Of a stretch of 64,000 bases of DNA, positions 40,929 to 51,414 are shown piece after piece. Source of the DNA: an uncultured delta proteobacterium (lineage in GTDB: Bacteria; Desulfobacterota; RBG-13-43-22); NCBI GenBank assembly GCA_963802945.1, contig CAWDKY010000025.1:108317-172316 (forward strand), written 5' to 3'. The notes beneath the pieces are model-generated. The model had not been told where the DNA came from, ran no database searches, and was given only the letters and a program-made list of their open reading frames with translations. Made by a program: the position numbers and the translations under genes. Every line of letters starts with the position of its first letter. Position 1 is the first letter of the stretch.

Positions 40929-42369
40929 GGAAAAGATGGTGAAAGGGAAAAGATACCGACTCTCGCTCCCGGTCGTGACGGGCTCTCTTTTATTAGCTCT
41001 GTGTTTGTTAAACGGATGCCTGGTCGGCCCGAATTATCATCCGCCGCCGCCGACTGTTCCCAGCGTCTGGCTGGGTGTCACCGAGGCACCAACCAGTGAA
41101 CCATCCGTGACCACTGCCCAGCAAGCCGCCCTGACCCGATGGTGGCAACAGTTCGACGACCCGATGTTGGCCGCCCTGGTCGAAGAAGCGTTGGGAAAAA
41201 ATCTTGACTTGCAGATCGCTGAGACGCGCTTGCGCCAAGCCCGGGCTGCCCGGGGTGTGGTCGTCGGAGGATTGTGGCCGGCGGTTACCGCCTCCGGCGG
41301 GTATCAGCGAAGGAACGTCCCCGGCGTCACCCAAGGTGACCAAGATCTCTATCAGGCCGGTTTGGACGCCGTCTGGGAACTCGACCTCTTCGGCGGCCTG
41401 CGCCGCAACATTGAATCGGCCAACGCCACAATCCAGGCCGCGATTGAAAATATCCGTGACGCGCAGGTCAGCCTCATCGCCGAAGTGGCCCTCAATTACA
41501 TCCAACTCCGCGGTTACCAGCAGGAAATCGTCATCGCCCAGAACAATCTGAAGGCCCAACAACAGACTGCCGAGATCACTCATAAACAATTAAAGGTGGG
41601 CTTCGCCAGTGCCCTCGACGCGGCCAATGCCGATGCCAATGTTGCCACGACCGAATCTCAAATCCCGGTCTTTGAAACATCGGCCCGGCAATCCATCTAC
41701 GCCTTAAGCGTGCTCTTGGCTCGGACACCGGGAGATTTGGTGAAGCAACTATCACCGACGGGCAACCTGCCCAAGGTTCCGGCCCGAGTTCCCGCCGGCC
41801 TGCCTTCGGACCTCCTTCGCCGTCGGCCCGACGTTCGTTCCTCTGAGGCCCAGCTCCATGCCGCCACTGCTCAGATCGGTGTGGCTGTCTCGGCTTTCTT
41901 TCCCCAATTTTCGCTCACCGGTACAATAAACTGGCAGAGCAACCTGTTAAGCACCTGGTGGGTTAATGCCAGCAAATCGTTCTCCGTCGGTCCAGGGGTG
42001 ACCTGGCCCATTTTTCAGGGCGGTGCGATTGCCTCGAATGTGCGTTTGCAAGAGGCGCTGCGTGACCAGGCCTACATCACTTACCAGAAAACGGTCCTGG
42101 CCGCCTTTCAGGATGTGGAGAATGCCTTGATAGCCTTCGCCAAAGAACAACAACACCGCCAGGCACTCAACGACGCCGTCGTCGCCAACCGCAAGGCCGT
42201 GGGCTTGTCCTTACAGCTTTACACCGAGGGTATGGCCGATTTTCTAAACGTGCTCAATGCCCAGCGTAGCCTTTACATCTCCGAAGACGCCTTGGTCCAG
42301 AGCGAGCGCAACATCGCCACCGACCTCATCGCCCTTTATAAAGCCTTGGGCGGCGGCTGGGAAGAATGA
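40921..42369 (+). CDS. Outer-membrane efflux lipoprotein (NodT/OprM/TolC family)
   Basis: LNGCLVGPNY lipobox, WELDLFG, PSDLLRRRPDV, LYKALGGGW. Confidence 0.95.
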   Translation: MSEEKMVKGKRYRLSLPVVTGSLLLALCLLNGCLVGPNYHPPPPTVPSVWLGVTEAPTSEPSVTTAQQAALTRWWQQFDDPMLAALVEEALGKNLDLQIAETRLRQARAARGVVVGGLWPAVTASGGYQRRNVPGVTQGDQDLYQAGLDAVWELDLFGGLRRNIESANATIQAAIENIRDAQVSLIAEVALNYIQLRGYQQEIVIAQNNLKAQQQTAEITHKQLKVGFASALDAANADANVATTESQIPVFETSARQSIYALSVLLARTPGDLVKQLSPTGNLPKVPARVPAGLPSDLLRRRPDVRSSEAQLHAATAQIGVAVSAFFPQFSLTGTINWQSNLLSTWWVNASKSFSVGPGVTWPIFQGGAIASNVRLQEALRDQAYITYQKTVLAAFQDVENALIAFAKEQQHRQALNDAVVANRKAVGLSLQLYTEGMADFLNVLNAQRSLYISEDALVQSERNIATDLIALYKALGGGWEE

Positions 42370-42975
42370 TTTAATATAAGAATCTAAAAAATGAAAATGG
42401 TCTTTGGGTGAATTTGGACCGTGCGCCTCTTTTTTTTGACTTGCTATATGAATATATGAGAGAATTTCTGAGAAGGGAAGTGAAATTGATGAAGGAAATA
42501 ATCGGAGAGATGGCCGGAAGAATTTGGAAGACTCTGGTTGATAAGTTTCAAAATCATAGATACCGTGATTCACCCTAAGACGCCAATGACTATTGACTCG
42601 ATTATGACTTGTGGGTAGCTGAAGGTAGATTCAAAGTATTCAGTCACCTAACAGGTCGAGATAGCTAAAAGAAATCCTAAGCCTTCAAAAACAAGAATAC
42701 CTTTTTGTCCATAAATCTTAGATAGCCCAGCCTGAGAGCCTTTTATTATACTCATGCCGATAACTTTATTATGGTTATTATCCATAAATTATCAGATCAC
42801 TAAGGGTCCACAAAGTTAAATTATTTTTGCAGAATCGTTGGGTTTTAATTTGATTTTGCCCCAGAAAGTCAAACCACTAAAAACCAAATGGATCACCGGA
42901 ACAAACAAAGCCTTCAGATACCTATTAGCCTTTAAGGTTTCCGGCTTTGCCCTAAATCGCATTGAAATTTCAACA

Positions 42976-43770
42976 CGAACTTAGTAATTTTATTAACTCG
43001 GAAGAAAATTGTTTTTATTTTTAACTTAACAATATTTTACTTTGTCTAAAAAAACAAACCACATGAATTAGGTCGGCCTTTTTAAGAAAGACCCTGGGGT
43101 CTCCAAAGAAAAATCGAAAGGGGGTAGGCTGTAACCAGAGGAAGATTATACGGATTTTGGATTTCGAGACATGGGAAGCCGTTAACGTTAACCTTTTTTA
43201 AAAAAATTACGAAAGGAAGAAAAAATGATCAGACCAACTAAAATTTTAGTGTTTTTGTTCGCTTTACTTTTAATGAGCGGCAGTGTTTATGCCGTGAGGG
43301 GGCCAGTTGGTCCGGTAACGAGTGGCAGCGGTTGTGCCATGGGCTCAGGAGATGGTGGCGCCAAAGAAGGATTTAAGGCCCATCACCTTAACCTATTGAA
43401 TCTCACCCCGGAACAAAAAAACAAGCTCCAGGCCTTGCGGAAGAATTTCCGGAAGGAAACGGTTTTTCTACGCAATGACCTTAAGGTTAAACGGCTGGAG
43501 CTTAAAACCTTGTGGACTGTCCCTAACCCGGACAAAGACAAGATCATAGCCAAACAAAATGAACTTAACGATTTGAAAACCAAATTACAAATGAAGGTCA
43601 TCGATTTTCGGCTAGAAGCCAGGAGTTATCTCACCCCGGAGCAGGCCGCCCAGGTTGGGATGTGGGGTCCGAAGATTGGGCACCGGCGGCATATGGCCGG
43701 GAGGATGCGGGCAGGCCATCAGAAAGACCATGGCCATTTTCTAAATTAACCCCCAATTTGTTCTTAACCC
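42976..43770 (+). repeat. Direct repeat copy 2 (leader plus Spy-like gene)
   Basis: Near-identical to 34891-35640. Confidence 0.9.
43225..43749 (+). CDS. Spy/CpxP/ZraP-like periplasmic chaperone (copy 2)
   Basis: Paralog of 35138-35626 with a short in-frame insertion after the signal peptide. Confidence 0.85.
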   Translation: MIRPTKILVFLFALLLMSGSVYAVRGPVGPVTSGSGCAMGSGDGGAKEGFKAHHLNLLNLTPEQKNKLQALRKNFRKETVFLRNDLKVKRLELKTLWTVPNPDKDKIIAKQNELNDLKTKLQMKVIDFRLEARSYLTPEQAAQVGMWGPKIGHRRHMAGRMRAGHQKDHGHFLN

Positions 43771-43960
43771 TTATATAAAAATATGGGGTAGAAGGCATCA
43801 TCCTGTGTTTCGGGGAGAGGATTAGGGTTCCTAAGCGACAGAGCATCTTTTAATTGAAAGGGAGCTCTTATAAAAGAGTTCCCATAAAACAACTTGATTA
43901 AAAGGACCTTGGCCATTTTTTAAGAGAGAAGTCATTTCCGCCTCTCCCCAGGAGGAGAAA

Positions 43961-44239
43961 ATGGTCACTATTTTACATACCGAATGGTCCAGAGGATGGG
44001 ACGGCCAGGAGATAAGGATCATCCAGGATTCTCTCGAATTCGTGAAAAAAGGGTATCGGGTGATGATTCTTTGTCAGCCCGGAAACAGGATTTATAGGAC
44101 CGCTGAAGAGAAGGGCATTCCGGTAATCCCTTTAACCATGCGATCAGGGTTGGACCCTTGGGCCAACGGGATGTGCCTTCGGATCCTGAAAAGGAATTCG
44201 GTTGACTTAGTTCAAACCCAAAGTTCAGTCGACCGTTGA
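43961..44239 (+). pseudogene. Truncated GT4 glycosyltransferase N-terminal fragment
   Basis: ILHTEWSRGWDGQEIRI...DLVQTQSS then stop, with no C-terminal domain downstream. Confidence 0.65.
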
Positions 44240-44477
44240 TGTTGTTCCATAAACGTAAATGGGTTAGAGCCCGTCCTTCATGGTCCTTTTGCTTCAAATA
44301 AATTCCTTGCAAACACGGCCAAAGCCATCCATAATGTTTTTAAAGATGAAGATAATTTTATCGGCATGGTCTTTAGATAAAAAGGGAAAACCGAGGTTTG
44401 AGGGTGGTAAACTTAATTATAGAATAACTTTTGGGCAACTGGTGTTTACGACGAAATTTTAATGTTAAGGAGGATGT

Positions 44478-45101
44478 ATGAAAGGATTTTCAAGGTGGAT
44501 TGGGATTATCATTGTTTTGTGTTGTACATTGGGCCTTTCTTTTCCAGCACAAGCTGAGGATCAAAGACCGATGTATTTAGTCTTAAAAGGCGGCATGTAT
44601 TCACCGCAAACATCCAATCTTAATGACTTTAATGCAGGCGTCAACGGGGAGATCGCTTTCGGGTATTCTTTTGACAAGAACTGGGCGATAGAGGCCGGTC
44701 CAGGGTATTTTGAAACCAGTGCGAGCAAAGGGGCTAAGTTCGGTGCTGACTCAACCCAAACGTCTGTACATCTTAGAGTGGTTCCGCTTACCGTTGCCAT
44801 TAAGGGATCAATTCCTGTGAATAAATTTGAGTTCTATGGAATCGGCGGTATAGGGGCCTACGTTTTGGAGGTTGACTTTGATTCGTCGGAAGATTCTGAT
44901 CATGGGCGGCACGATTCCAACGGAGAGTCAGAGACTCTATTTGGTGGCTTTCTTGGCCTAGGTGCCAGATTTAATGTAACATCTAAAATGTTTTTGGGCT
45001 TAGAAGGCAAATATCTCTGGACTACGAAGTCCACTTTCAATGATGCAGAGACCGACCTTACCGGTATCCAGGCGACTTTTAATATAGGATTCAGATTCTA
45101 A
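44478..45101 (+). CDS. Outer-membrane beta-barrel protein (OmpA/OmpW-like)
   Basis: Signal peptide, amphipathic strands, C-terminal IGFRF. Confidence 0.85.
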   Translation: MKGFSRWIGIIIVLCCTLGLSFPAQAEDQRPMYLVLKGGMYSPQTSNLNDFNAGVNGEIAFGYSFDKNWAIEAGPGYFETSASKGAKFGADSTQTSVHLRVVPLTVAIKGSIPVNKFEFYGIGGIGAYVLEVDFDSSEDSDHGRHDSNGESETLFGGFLGLGARFNVTSKMFLGLEGKYLWTTKSTFNDAETDLTGIQATFNIGFRF

Positions 45102-45122
45102 ACAACCTTGGTCAGACATTTT

Positions 45123-45148
45123 GCAGAGAGGACATGAGTCCTCTCTGC
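45123..45148 (+). terminator. Probable terminator hairpin
   Basis: gcagagaggac-atga-gtcctctctgc. Confidence 0.55.
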
Positions 45149-45665
45149 CTATCCTCTACTTCTTTTTTCTGCACAATGAAATATGAAGGGTGTTTGTTGT
45201 GAGCCCCCCATTAATAGGCTTTTTTCAAGAAGAAAAACTTCTTCATCTGCGATAATTAGCTTATTTTATAACGCTGTTCTAGGTGTCCACAAATACTATA
45301 CCAGTTTCTACACCATTCATAGGTCCGACGTAGTTGTTCGTACTAGTCGAGCCCGCTTTACTGCTCGCATCCCTATTCCAGAGCGCTTGTGCTGGGTTGT
45401 AAGACTTCGGGGATCCAAAGGTCACGGATAGACTGAAGGTACTTCAGCAGAAGAGTTTTCATTTAGATACAACAATCATCTCCTCTTCATAACTCCTTTC
45501 ACAATGAGGATTCTTGGACTCTCCCAGGTATAATTTTGCGGCCAAAAAATAAAAACGGTGGTGTGGTCTAGGAGTGCCGGAATTGGACGAAAAGTTATAA
45601 TCCTTCATTTGCATTGAAATATCCATTGATAAATGATAATCTATCCACAATTCATTTTTCCCTTA

Positions 45666-47004
45666 TGAAATCTTTACGCTCCCTTTCCTTACAAGTATTC
45701 AAAGCAGCCTTGTTCAAGGCCGATGCTTATCAAGCAGTTAAAGAGCGGCTTTTTCTTCTATATCCTTTTCTGTTAGTGAAAGAAAATTCATCCATTCTTC
45801 AGAAATTCGATTTACGTTTGTTTAAAAGAGTTATTGTTTTGGGTGCAGGAAAGGCCGCCGTCCCGATGGCCGCCGCCTGCGAAGCCATTTTGAAGGACAG
45901 ACTACAGGATGGGTTGATCATCACCAAATACGGATATGCAGGCAAGTTAACGAAGATCCGGGTCATAGAAGCCGGACATCCCCTGCCGGATCAGGCAGGT
46001 TATAAGGGCACCCGGCAGATCGTTTCTTTGCTTGAGGCCGCACGATCAGATGACCTGATTCTGTTTTTGACCTCGGGAGGCTGTTCCGCCTTGTTTACTG
46101 CACCGGCGGCATCCATTCCTCTGAGGGAAAAACAAAGAACCACCCAGCTGTTGCTTAAAGCCGGGGCAACGATCCAGGAAATGAATACCGTGCGTAAGCA
46201 CCTTTCTTTGGTCAAAGGAGGACGTTCAGCCGCGCTTGGCCTTTCCGGCAACAGTAATCAATCTGGTCCTATCCGACGTCATAGGCAACCATCTGGACAT
46301 CATCGGTTCCGGACCGTTTGTCCCTGATCCCTCATCTTTTCAGGATGTCTGGAATATTCTGGAAAAATATAATCTGGTCAAAAAGATGCCGTCTTTTGTC
46401 GTTGCTTATTTGTCCAAAGGCACCCGGGGTCGGATCGAGGAAACCCCAAAAGTCGGTTCACCCTGTTTTACTAAGGTATTTTGTTCTATAGTTGCCTCAA
46501 AATTGTATGGCCCTTAAAGCCGCAGCCAACGCAGCCCGGGGTCTTGGATTCAAGACCTTTATTTTGAGTGCCCAGATTCAGGGGGAAGCCCGGGAACTGG
46601 CTAAATTTTATGGGGCTATGGCCAGAGAAATTTTTCAATCCAACAACCCCTCAAAAAAACCGGTTTGCCTGCTGGCTGGGGGTGAACCGACCGTGACCGT
46701 TACAGGAAGAGGGAGGGGGGGGCGCAACACCGAACTGGCCCTGGCCATGGCCTTGGAAATCAAAGGGCTACCTAGAACCCTCTTTTTAAGTGCCGGGACA
46801 GACGGGACCGACGGTCCTACCGATGCCGCTGGAGCGATCGTTTCCGGCTCCACTTACCTTAGGGCTTTAAAAAAGGGGATTTCGCCTGAAGCCCATTTAG
46901 CTCAAAACGATTCATATACCTTCTTTAAGAAGGCCGGAGGTTTGCTCATGACCGGTCCCACCAGGACCAATGTCATGGATCTACATATCCTGCTGGTTCA
47001 ATAA
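45666..47004 (+). CDS. Glycerate 2-kinase/hydroxypyruvate reductase (MOFRL family; frameshifts near 46230 and 46500)
   Basis: GAGKAA, AGHPLPD, SGGCSAL, RKHLSLVKGG, LSDVIG, GGEPTV..G.GRGGRN, GTDGTDGPTDAAGA, TGPTRTNVMD. Confidence 0.88.
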
Positions 47005-47028
47005 ATTTAAACACGGCCTAAAGGAAGT

Positions 47029-48093
47029 TTGATGCAGAAAAAAGGAGAGGCCTCATGCAACAACAAATTACCGAACGGATGTGAACTACTCGATGATAAC
47101 GGACTATTGACTAATCCCGGATATGCCACTAAGGCCTTCTGGCGATATGACCGAAAAAAAATAAAGGCTGGTTGGTATCGGATTAAGGAATGGGATTATT
47201 ATGCGGTTCTGTCGATGGAAGACGGATTTGGCATAACCTTTACTATGGCCGATTTGGGTTATATCGGGACAGCGGCCGTCTGTTGGCTTGATTTTAAGGA
47301 AAAAACCTACAATCAGCTCGGGACGATGTCGAGTTTACCCAAAGGGAAAATGGGATTTCCTTCGACTCCCGATAAAGGAGAAGTGGCCTTCGCAGATAAA
47401 AAGATCAAGCTCAAATATATCGTATCCGGTTCAGAGAGGATTATTCAGGTCGATGCGCCCGGCTATATTAATCAAAAAGGGGACAAGGGATTGAAGGGAG
47501 AGTTGGTATTATATCAGGCTCCTGATATGGACAGCATGGTTATCGCCACCTCCTGGAAGGAAAATCGAAGGGCATTTTATTACAATCAAAAAACCAATTG
47601 TATGCCGGCCAAGGGAAGCATTACCTTGGGTGACCGGATTTACGAGTTTAATCCGAAATCATGTTTCGGGGTGCTGGATTGGGGACGAGGATATTGGACC
47701 TATAAAAACAGGTGGTATTGGGGATCGGCCTCGGGTTTGCTTAATGGTCACCCCTTCGGTTGGAATATCGGCTACGGTTTCAGCGATCGTTCACCGGCCA
47801 CAGAAAATATGCTTTTTTATAAAAATAAAGCCCACAAACTGGAAGAGGTGACTTTTCATATCCATACCGACGATTACCTGGCACCTTGGAAATTTACCAG
47901 CAGTGACGGTCGATTTGAGATGGATTTCAGCCCCATCCTCGACCGACAAACTAAAACGGAACTTGTGTTTTTAAAATCAATTCAACACCAGGTCTTCGGG
48001 ACCTTTAGCGGAAAAGTGGTGCTGGGCGACGGGACCGGGCTTCAGATCGATAACTTCCTCGGGTTTGCTGAGGATGTGCTTAACTGGTGGTAA
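47029..48093 (+). CDS. DUF2804-family protein
   Basis: RIKEWDYY, LDWGRGYW, W.W.SASG, HQVFGTFSG, LGFAE. Confidence 0.75.
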   Translation: MMQKKGEASCNNKLPNGCELLDDNGLLTNPGYATKAFWRYDRKKIKAGWYRIKEWDYYAVLSMEDGFGITFTMADLGYIGTAAVCWLDFKEKTYNQLGTMSSLPKGKMGFPSTPDKGEVAFADKKIKLKYIVSGSERIIQVDAPGYINQKGDKGLKGELVLYQAPDMDSMVIATSWKENRRAFYYNQKTNCMPAKGSITLGDRIYEFNPKSCFGVLDWGRGYWTYKNRWYWGSASGLLNGHPFGWNIGYGFSDRSPATENMLFYKNKAHKLEEVTFHIHTDDYLAPWKFTSSDGRFEMDFSPILDRQTKTELVFLKSIQHQVFGTFSGKVVLGDGTGLQIDNFLGFAEDVLNWW

Positions 48094-48192
48094 TACCTTT
48101 TCTTGACTGATTTTATTATTTTTGGTTTACATTTTATCTGGCCTCGTCTATTTATAATTTTAAAGTTTTTAGAAGGGTGTTAGAAAGACCAA

Positions 48193-48983
48193 ATGATCGG
48201 CATTTTTGATTCGGGTATCGGTGGGTTGACGGTTGTAGGCGAGGTTTTGGAAAAACTTCCTCAGTATCGGATCGTCTATTTCGGCGATACGGCCCGTACC
48301 CCTTATGGGACCAAAAGCCAAAAAACTATTATTGAATATGCCATAGAGGATACGGAATTTCTTTTATCTAAAGGGGCCAAAGTCATTATCGTAGCCTGCA
48401 ACTCCGCTTCATCGGTTGCCTTTGAAACCCTGAAGGAACGATTTAAAATCCCTCATATTTGAGGTGATTCGGCCGGCGGTTGAAAAGACCCTTCGATCAA
48501 CTCAGAAACAAAGGATCGGTGTTATCGGGACTCGGGCTACGATTGGAAGCGGAATTTATGAGCGGTTGCTGAAAGAGGCCCGGCCTGAGATCCAGGTATT
48601 CTCTCGGGCCTGTCCTTTATTGGTGCCGCTGGTGGAAGAAGGATGGTTGAAAAGACCGGAGACCAAACGGATCGTCAGGAAATACTTGTCACCGCTTGAA
48701 AATGAAACAAGTAGATACGCTGGTCTTGGGATGTACCCATTATCCTTTGCTCAAAGCCGTTATTCAGGCCAAAATGGGCAAAAGGGTTCAGGTGATTGAC
48801 TCTTCACAGGAAGTGGCTTTGTGGGTGAAAGATTACCTGGAAAGGAATCCGGAAATTACCGGAAGTTTAACTCCCACTACCGGCCAGGATGGGCATCGTT
48901 TTTTTGTCTCTGACCTGACACCGAATTTTGAACATATCGCCAATCAGTTTTTAGGAAGGCCTATTAAATTAGAACTGGCCTGA
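48193..48983 (+). CDS. murI: Glutamate racemase (frameshifts near 48455 and 48697)
   Basis: IGIFDSGIGGLTV, GDTARTPYG, VACNSAS, IGTRATI, LGCTHYP. Confidence 0.93.
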
Positions 48984-49035
48984 ATTCTCTACAGTCGGTG
49001 GCGATTAGAACTCCTCGAACCCCTGAACTCTAATT

Positions 49036-49443
49036 TTAAAAGCGGATCTCCATGGCCTTGTAAGAGCAAACCGGCAGACAGGCCTCACAGATGATGCACC
49101 GCTCCCCGTGAAAAGAGACTTTCATTTCTTCCCGGTCCACTGATAAGGCATCAGTAGGACAGTGTGGTATACAGGCCGTGCAGTGGGAACAACGCTCCTT
49201 AATGTGATGAACTTCCTGGGCCAGAGGTTCCACCTGGATGCCTATCTTTTTAAGATAATCCAATCCTGCCGCCACAGATTCCCGGCTGCCGTTTAACTCG
49301 ATCACCAGTCTTCCTTCTGCCTTTGGCCGAACCGTGGCTCTCAGGATATTGATCCGGCAATCGTAGTTTTTGATCAGGTTATAGGTGATCGGTTCTTCTA
49401 TCAGAGTTGGGGGAAAGGTCAGGATGAATTTCTTCTTGGTCAT
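49036..49443 (-). CDS. NIL-domain 2x[4Fe-4S] ferredoxin (MA1822-like partner of aspartate-semialdehyde sulfurtransferase)
   Basis: NIL N-terminus (INILRA); CSHCTAC..HCP and CIICEAC..VC. Confidence 0.85.
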   Translation of the reverse strand: MTKKKFILTFPPTLIEEPITYNLIKNYDCRINILRATVRPKAEGRLVIELNGSRESVAAGLDYLKKIGIQVEPLAQEVHHIKERCSHCTACIPHCPTDALSVDREEMKVSFHGERCIICEACLPVCSYKAMEIRF

Positions 49444-49463
49444 GACAATCTCCTTCAATATTT

Positions 49464-49577
49464 AGGTGCAAGGTTCAAGGTACATGGTAAAAGGTCCAAA
49501 ACAAAATTTAAAAATAACGATAATTCAAATCGAATTTTAAGTTTTGACCTTAAACCTTAGACCTCAAACCTTGAACC
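49464..49577. repeat. Heptamer tandem-repeat hairpin (AGGTNCA / TNAACCT)
   Basis: aggtgca-aggttca-aggtaca-tggtaaa-aggtcca ... ttgacct-taaacct-tagacct-caaacct-tgaacc. Confidence 0.75.
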
Positions 49578-49582
49578 GGTTT

Positions 49583-50743
49583 TTATGCTCCCGGCAATGG
49601 GGCCACCGGTTCGGTCAGCAGAAATTTACCTTTAAGCAGCCAGCGCTTCAAGGTTTCGGCCACTTCTCTGGCCTTATGGTAACTGGAAAGCCCGCCGGTA
49701 GGAATATCTTTCCCCTTAAAAGTAATTTTGCCCGACTTTAATTCAGCATAATTGACTTCACCCAGGATTTTTCCTGTTCCTTGGGGATAGTCATAACTGT
49801 AATCAACCACTGGAGCCCAGATATCTTTATCTTCAACCGAGGTGAAGATCACCATCTCTTCATCCAGGATCGGGATGGGGACCCCGATACTGACAGCCAG
49901 GGTGGGACCATATCCGGTTATCGAAACCCCTCGCAGCCATTGGGCACTCATCTGTTTCAGGTCCCCAATGACAGCCAAGGTCCCGGCCCCTGATTTAGGC
50001 ACTTTATTTTTTCCTCTGGGGGCTGTTGGGTTATGCTGGGTCCCCGGCCAGCAGACATAGCCTATCCCCCCTCCCAGAAAGATCCTTGTGCCCAGCCCGA
50101 TGGTCCGATACATGGGATCGTTCATTAACGGGGAAAGCTGACCGGCACTGCAATAGTTGGCGTTGCCCATTCTGGGGCGCAGGACGCCCATATAGGTATA
50201 AATAACTCTGTCAGAAATATTCACTCCCACATTATAATTTTGATATCCGTTACGGGGATTAAAGAGCACGGCGTCATTGAAGTCCTTGAGGGATAATTTT
50301 ATTTCTCTTTTTTTGTTCGGATAACAATCGGTCCCGTAAGCAGTCGCCGTCAAGGTCACCATTTTCCCGGCGACCAGTTCTTCAATGACATGAGCCCCGC
50401 CGTATAAAAACTGGCCGGGATAAACGGCATTTCTAGGATCGTCATCAGGCATGGCCGTAGCCCCGAGAAGGATATCGGCGGCTGCAAAGCCGGTATAAGC
50501 AGGAACATTGTTCAAATAGGCCTTACCACCCCCCATTTTCATCTTAGGAGTGGGTTGTTTAATATTGAAATAGGCTCCCGAAGAACACATGGGGCTGAAG
50601 GTACCGGTGGTGACCACATCGACTTCCTGGGCCACCTTTTTTATTCCTTTTTTTTTGGTTAGCTCGATGATTTCTTCAGCGGTCACCACAACCGCTTTCC
50701 CTTTTTTTATTTTTTCGTTGATTTCGGCAATAGTTTTACTCAT
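49583..50743 (-). CDS. Homocysteine biosynthesis enzyme / L-aspartate semialdehyde sulfurtransferase (DUF39, MA1821-like)
   Basis: KTIAEINEKIKKGKAVVVTAEE, VDVVTTGTFSPMCSSG, YGTDCYP, NPRNGYQNY, GTRIFLGG. Confidence 0.88.
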   Translation of the reverse strand: MSKTIAEINEKIKKGKAVVVTAEEIIELTKKKGIKKVAQEVDVVTTGTFSPMCSSGAYFNIKQPTPKMKMGGGKAYLNNVPAYTGFAAADILLGATAMPDDDPRNAVYPGQFLYGGAHVIEELVAGKMVTLTATAYGTDCYPNKKREIKLSLKDFNDAVLFNPRNGYQNYNVGVNISDRVIYTYMGVLRPRMGNANYCSAGQLSPLMNDPMYRTIGLGTRIFLGGGIGYVCWPGTQHNPTAPRGKNKVPKSGAGTLAVIGDLKQMSAQWLRGVSITGYGPTLAVSIGVPIPILDEEMVIFTSVEDKDIWAPVVDYSYDYPQGTGKILGEVNYAELKSGKITFKGKDIPTGGLSSYHKAREVAETLKRWLLKGKFLLTEPVAPLPGA

Positions 50744-50843
50744 GGTCAAACCCCTCGGCACTAAATTAACCTCATTATTCTTATCCCGTTATGTAGTATA
50801 ATATATTCCGCTTTTATGGAAAGATGTCAAGAGAAGAAATTGT

Positions 50844-51407
50844 TTATTTGGGGGGTGGCGAAAGATAGGTCTTGATGAGTCTTTGCGTATCCTCCGGGTT
50901 GAGCTCTACTACCCGCCAGATGCCTTCCTGCTTCCGCAGCCCCATCCGCAACTGATCCTTGTCCTTTTTTAAGGTCACCAGGGCATAATTTTGTTTTACC
51001 TTAAAATCGGCCAGGGCCAAGAGAGCAAACACAGAGGGCAAGGTAGAATTTTTCGGATCTTCCAAGTATTTTTGTAATTGTTGAACAGCCAGCTTGCTCA
51101 AGCCTTTATTGGTTTCCGGTGTTAAATGGATTTTTATTTCCCCCAGGGAGCTGGCGATTTGGCCTATAGAGCTGGAAGCAGTCAGCGAAGAAAGCAAGGT
51201 AGAGATAGACCCTGAAACCTGTTGATTCAGGATGGATTCGACGTCGATATACGTCAGGAAGGTGTTCAGATCCCTATTTTTTAAGCCGGCCCCGATTTGA
51301 TACAGGGCGTAATATGGGGTCCCTTGGACCCATCGCCATAAAAGTCCGGCCCCAAAGGCCAGACAGATAATCAATATGGCAACGACTATGGTTCGATTCG
51401 TTTTCAT
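50844..51407 (-). CDS. Membrane-anchored hypothetical protein (DUF2939-like)
   Basis: TM then TPYYALYQI......D...F..YID, C-terminal WRVVEL. Confidence 0.65.
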   Translation of the reverse strand: MKTNRTIVVAILIICLAFGAGLLWRWVQGTPYYALYQIGAGLKNRDLNTFLTYIDVESILNQQVSGSISTLLSSLTASSSIGQIASSLGEIKIHLTPETNKGLSKLAVQQLQKYLEDPKNSTLPSVFALLALADFKVKQNYALVTLKKDKDQLRMGLRKQEGIWRVVELNPEDTQRLIKTYLSPPPK

Positions 51408-51414
51408 CGACCGG

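Noticed and set aside
42560-42960. c-di-GMP-I riboswitch fragments (caaacc, caaagcc, gatagcccag)
   Set aside because: The pieces do not assemble into the P1/P2/GNRA architecture
45183-45650. Short ORFs between the beta-barrel gene and glycerate kinase
   Set aside because: No RBS or motif support; possibly a degraded remnant
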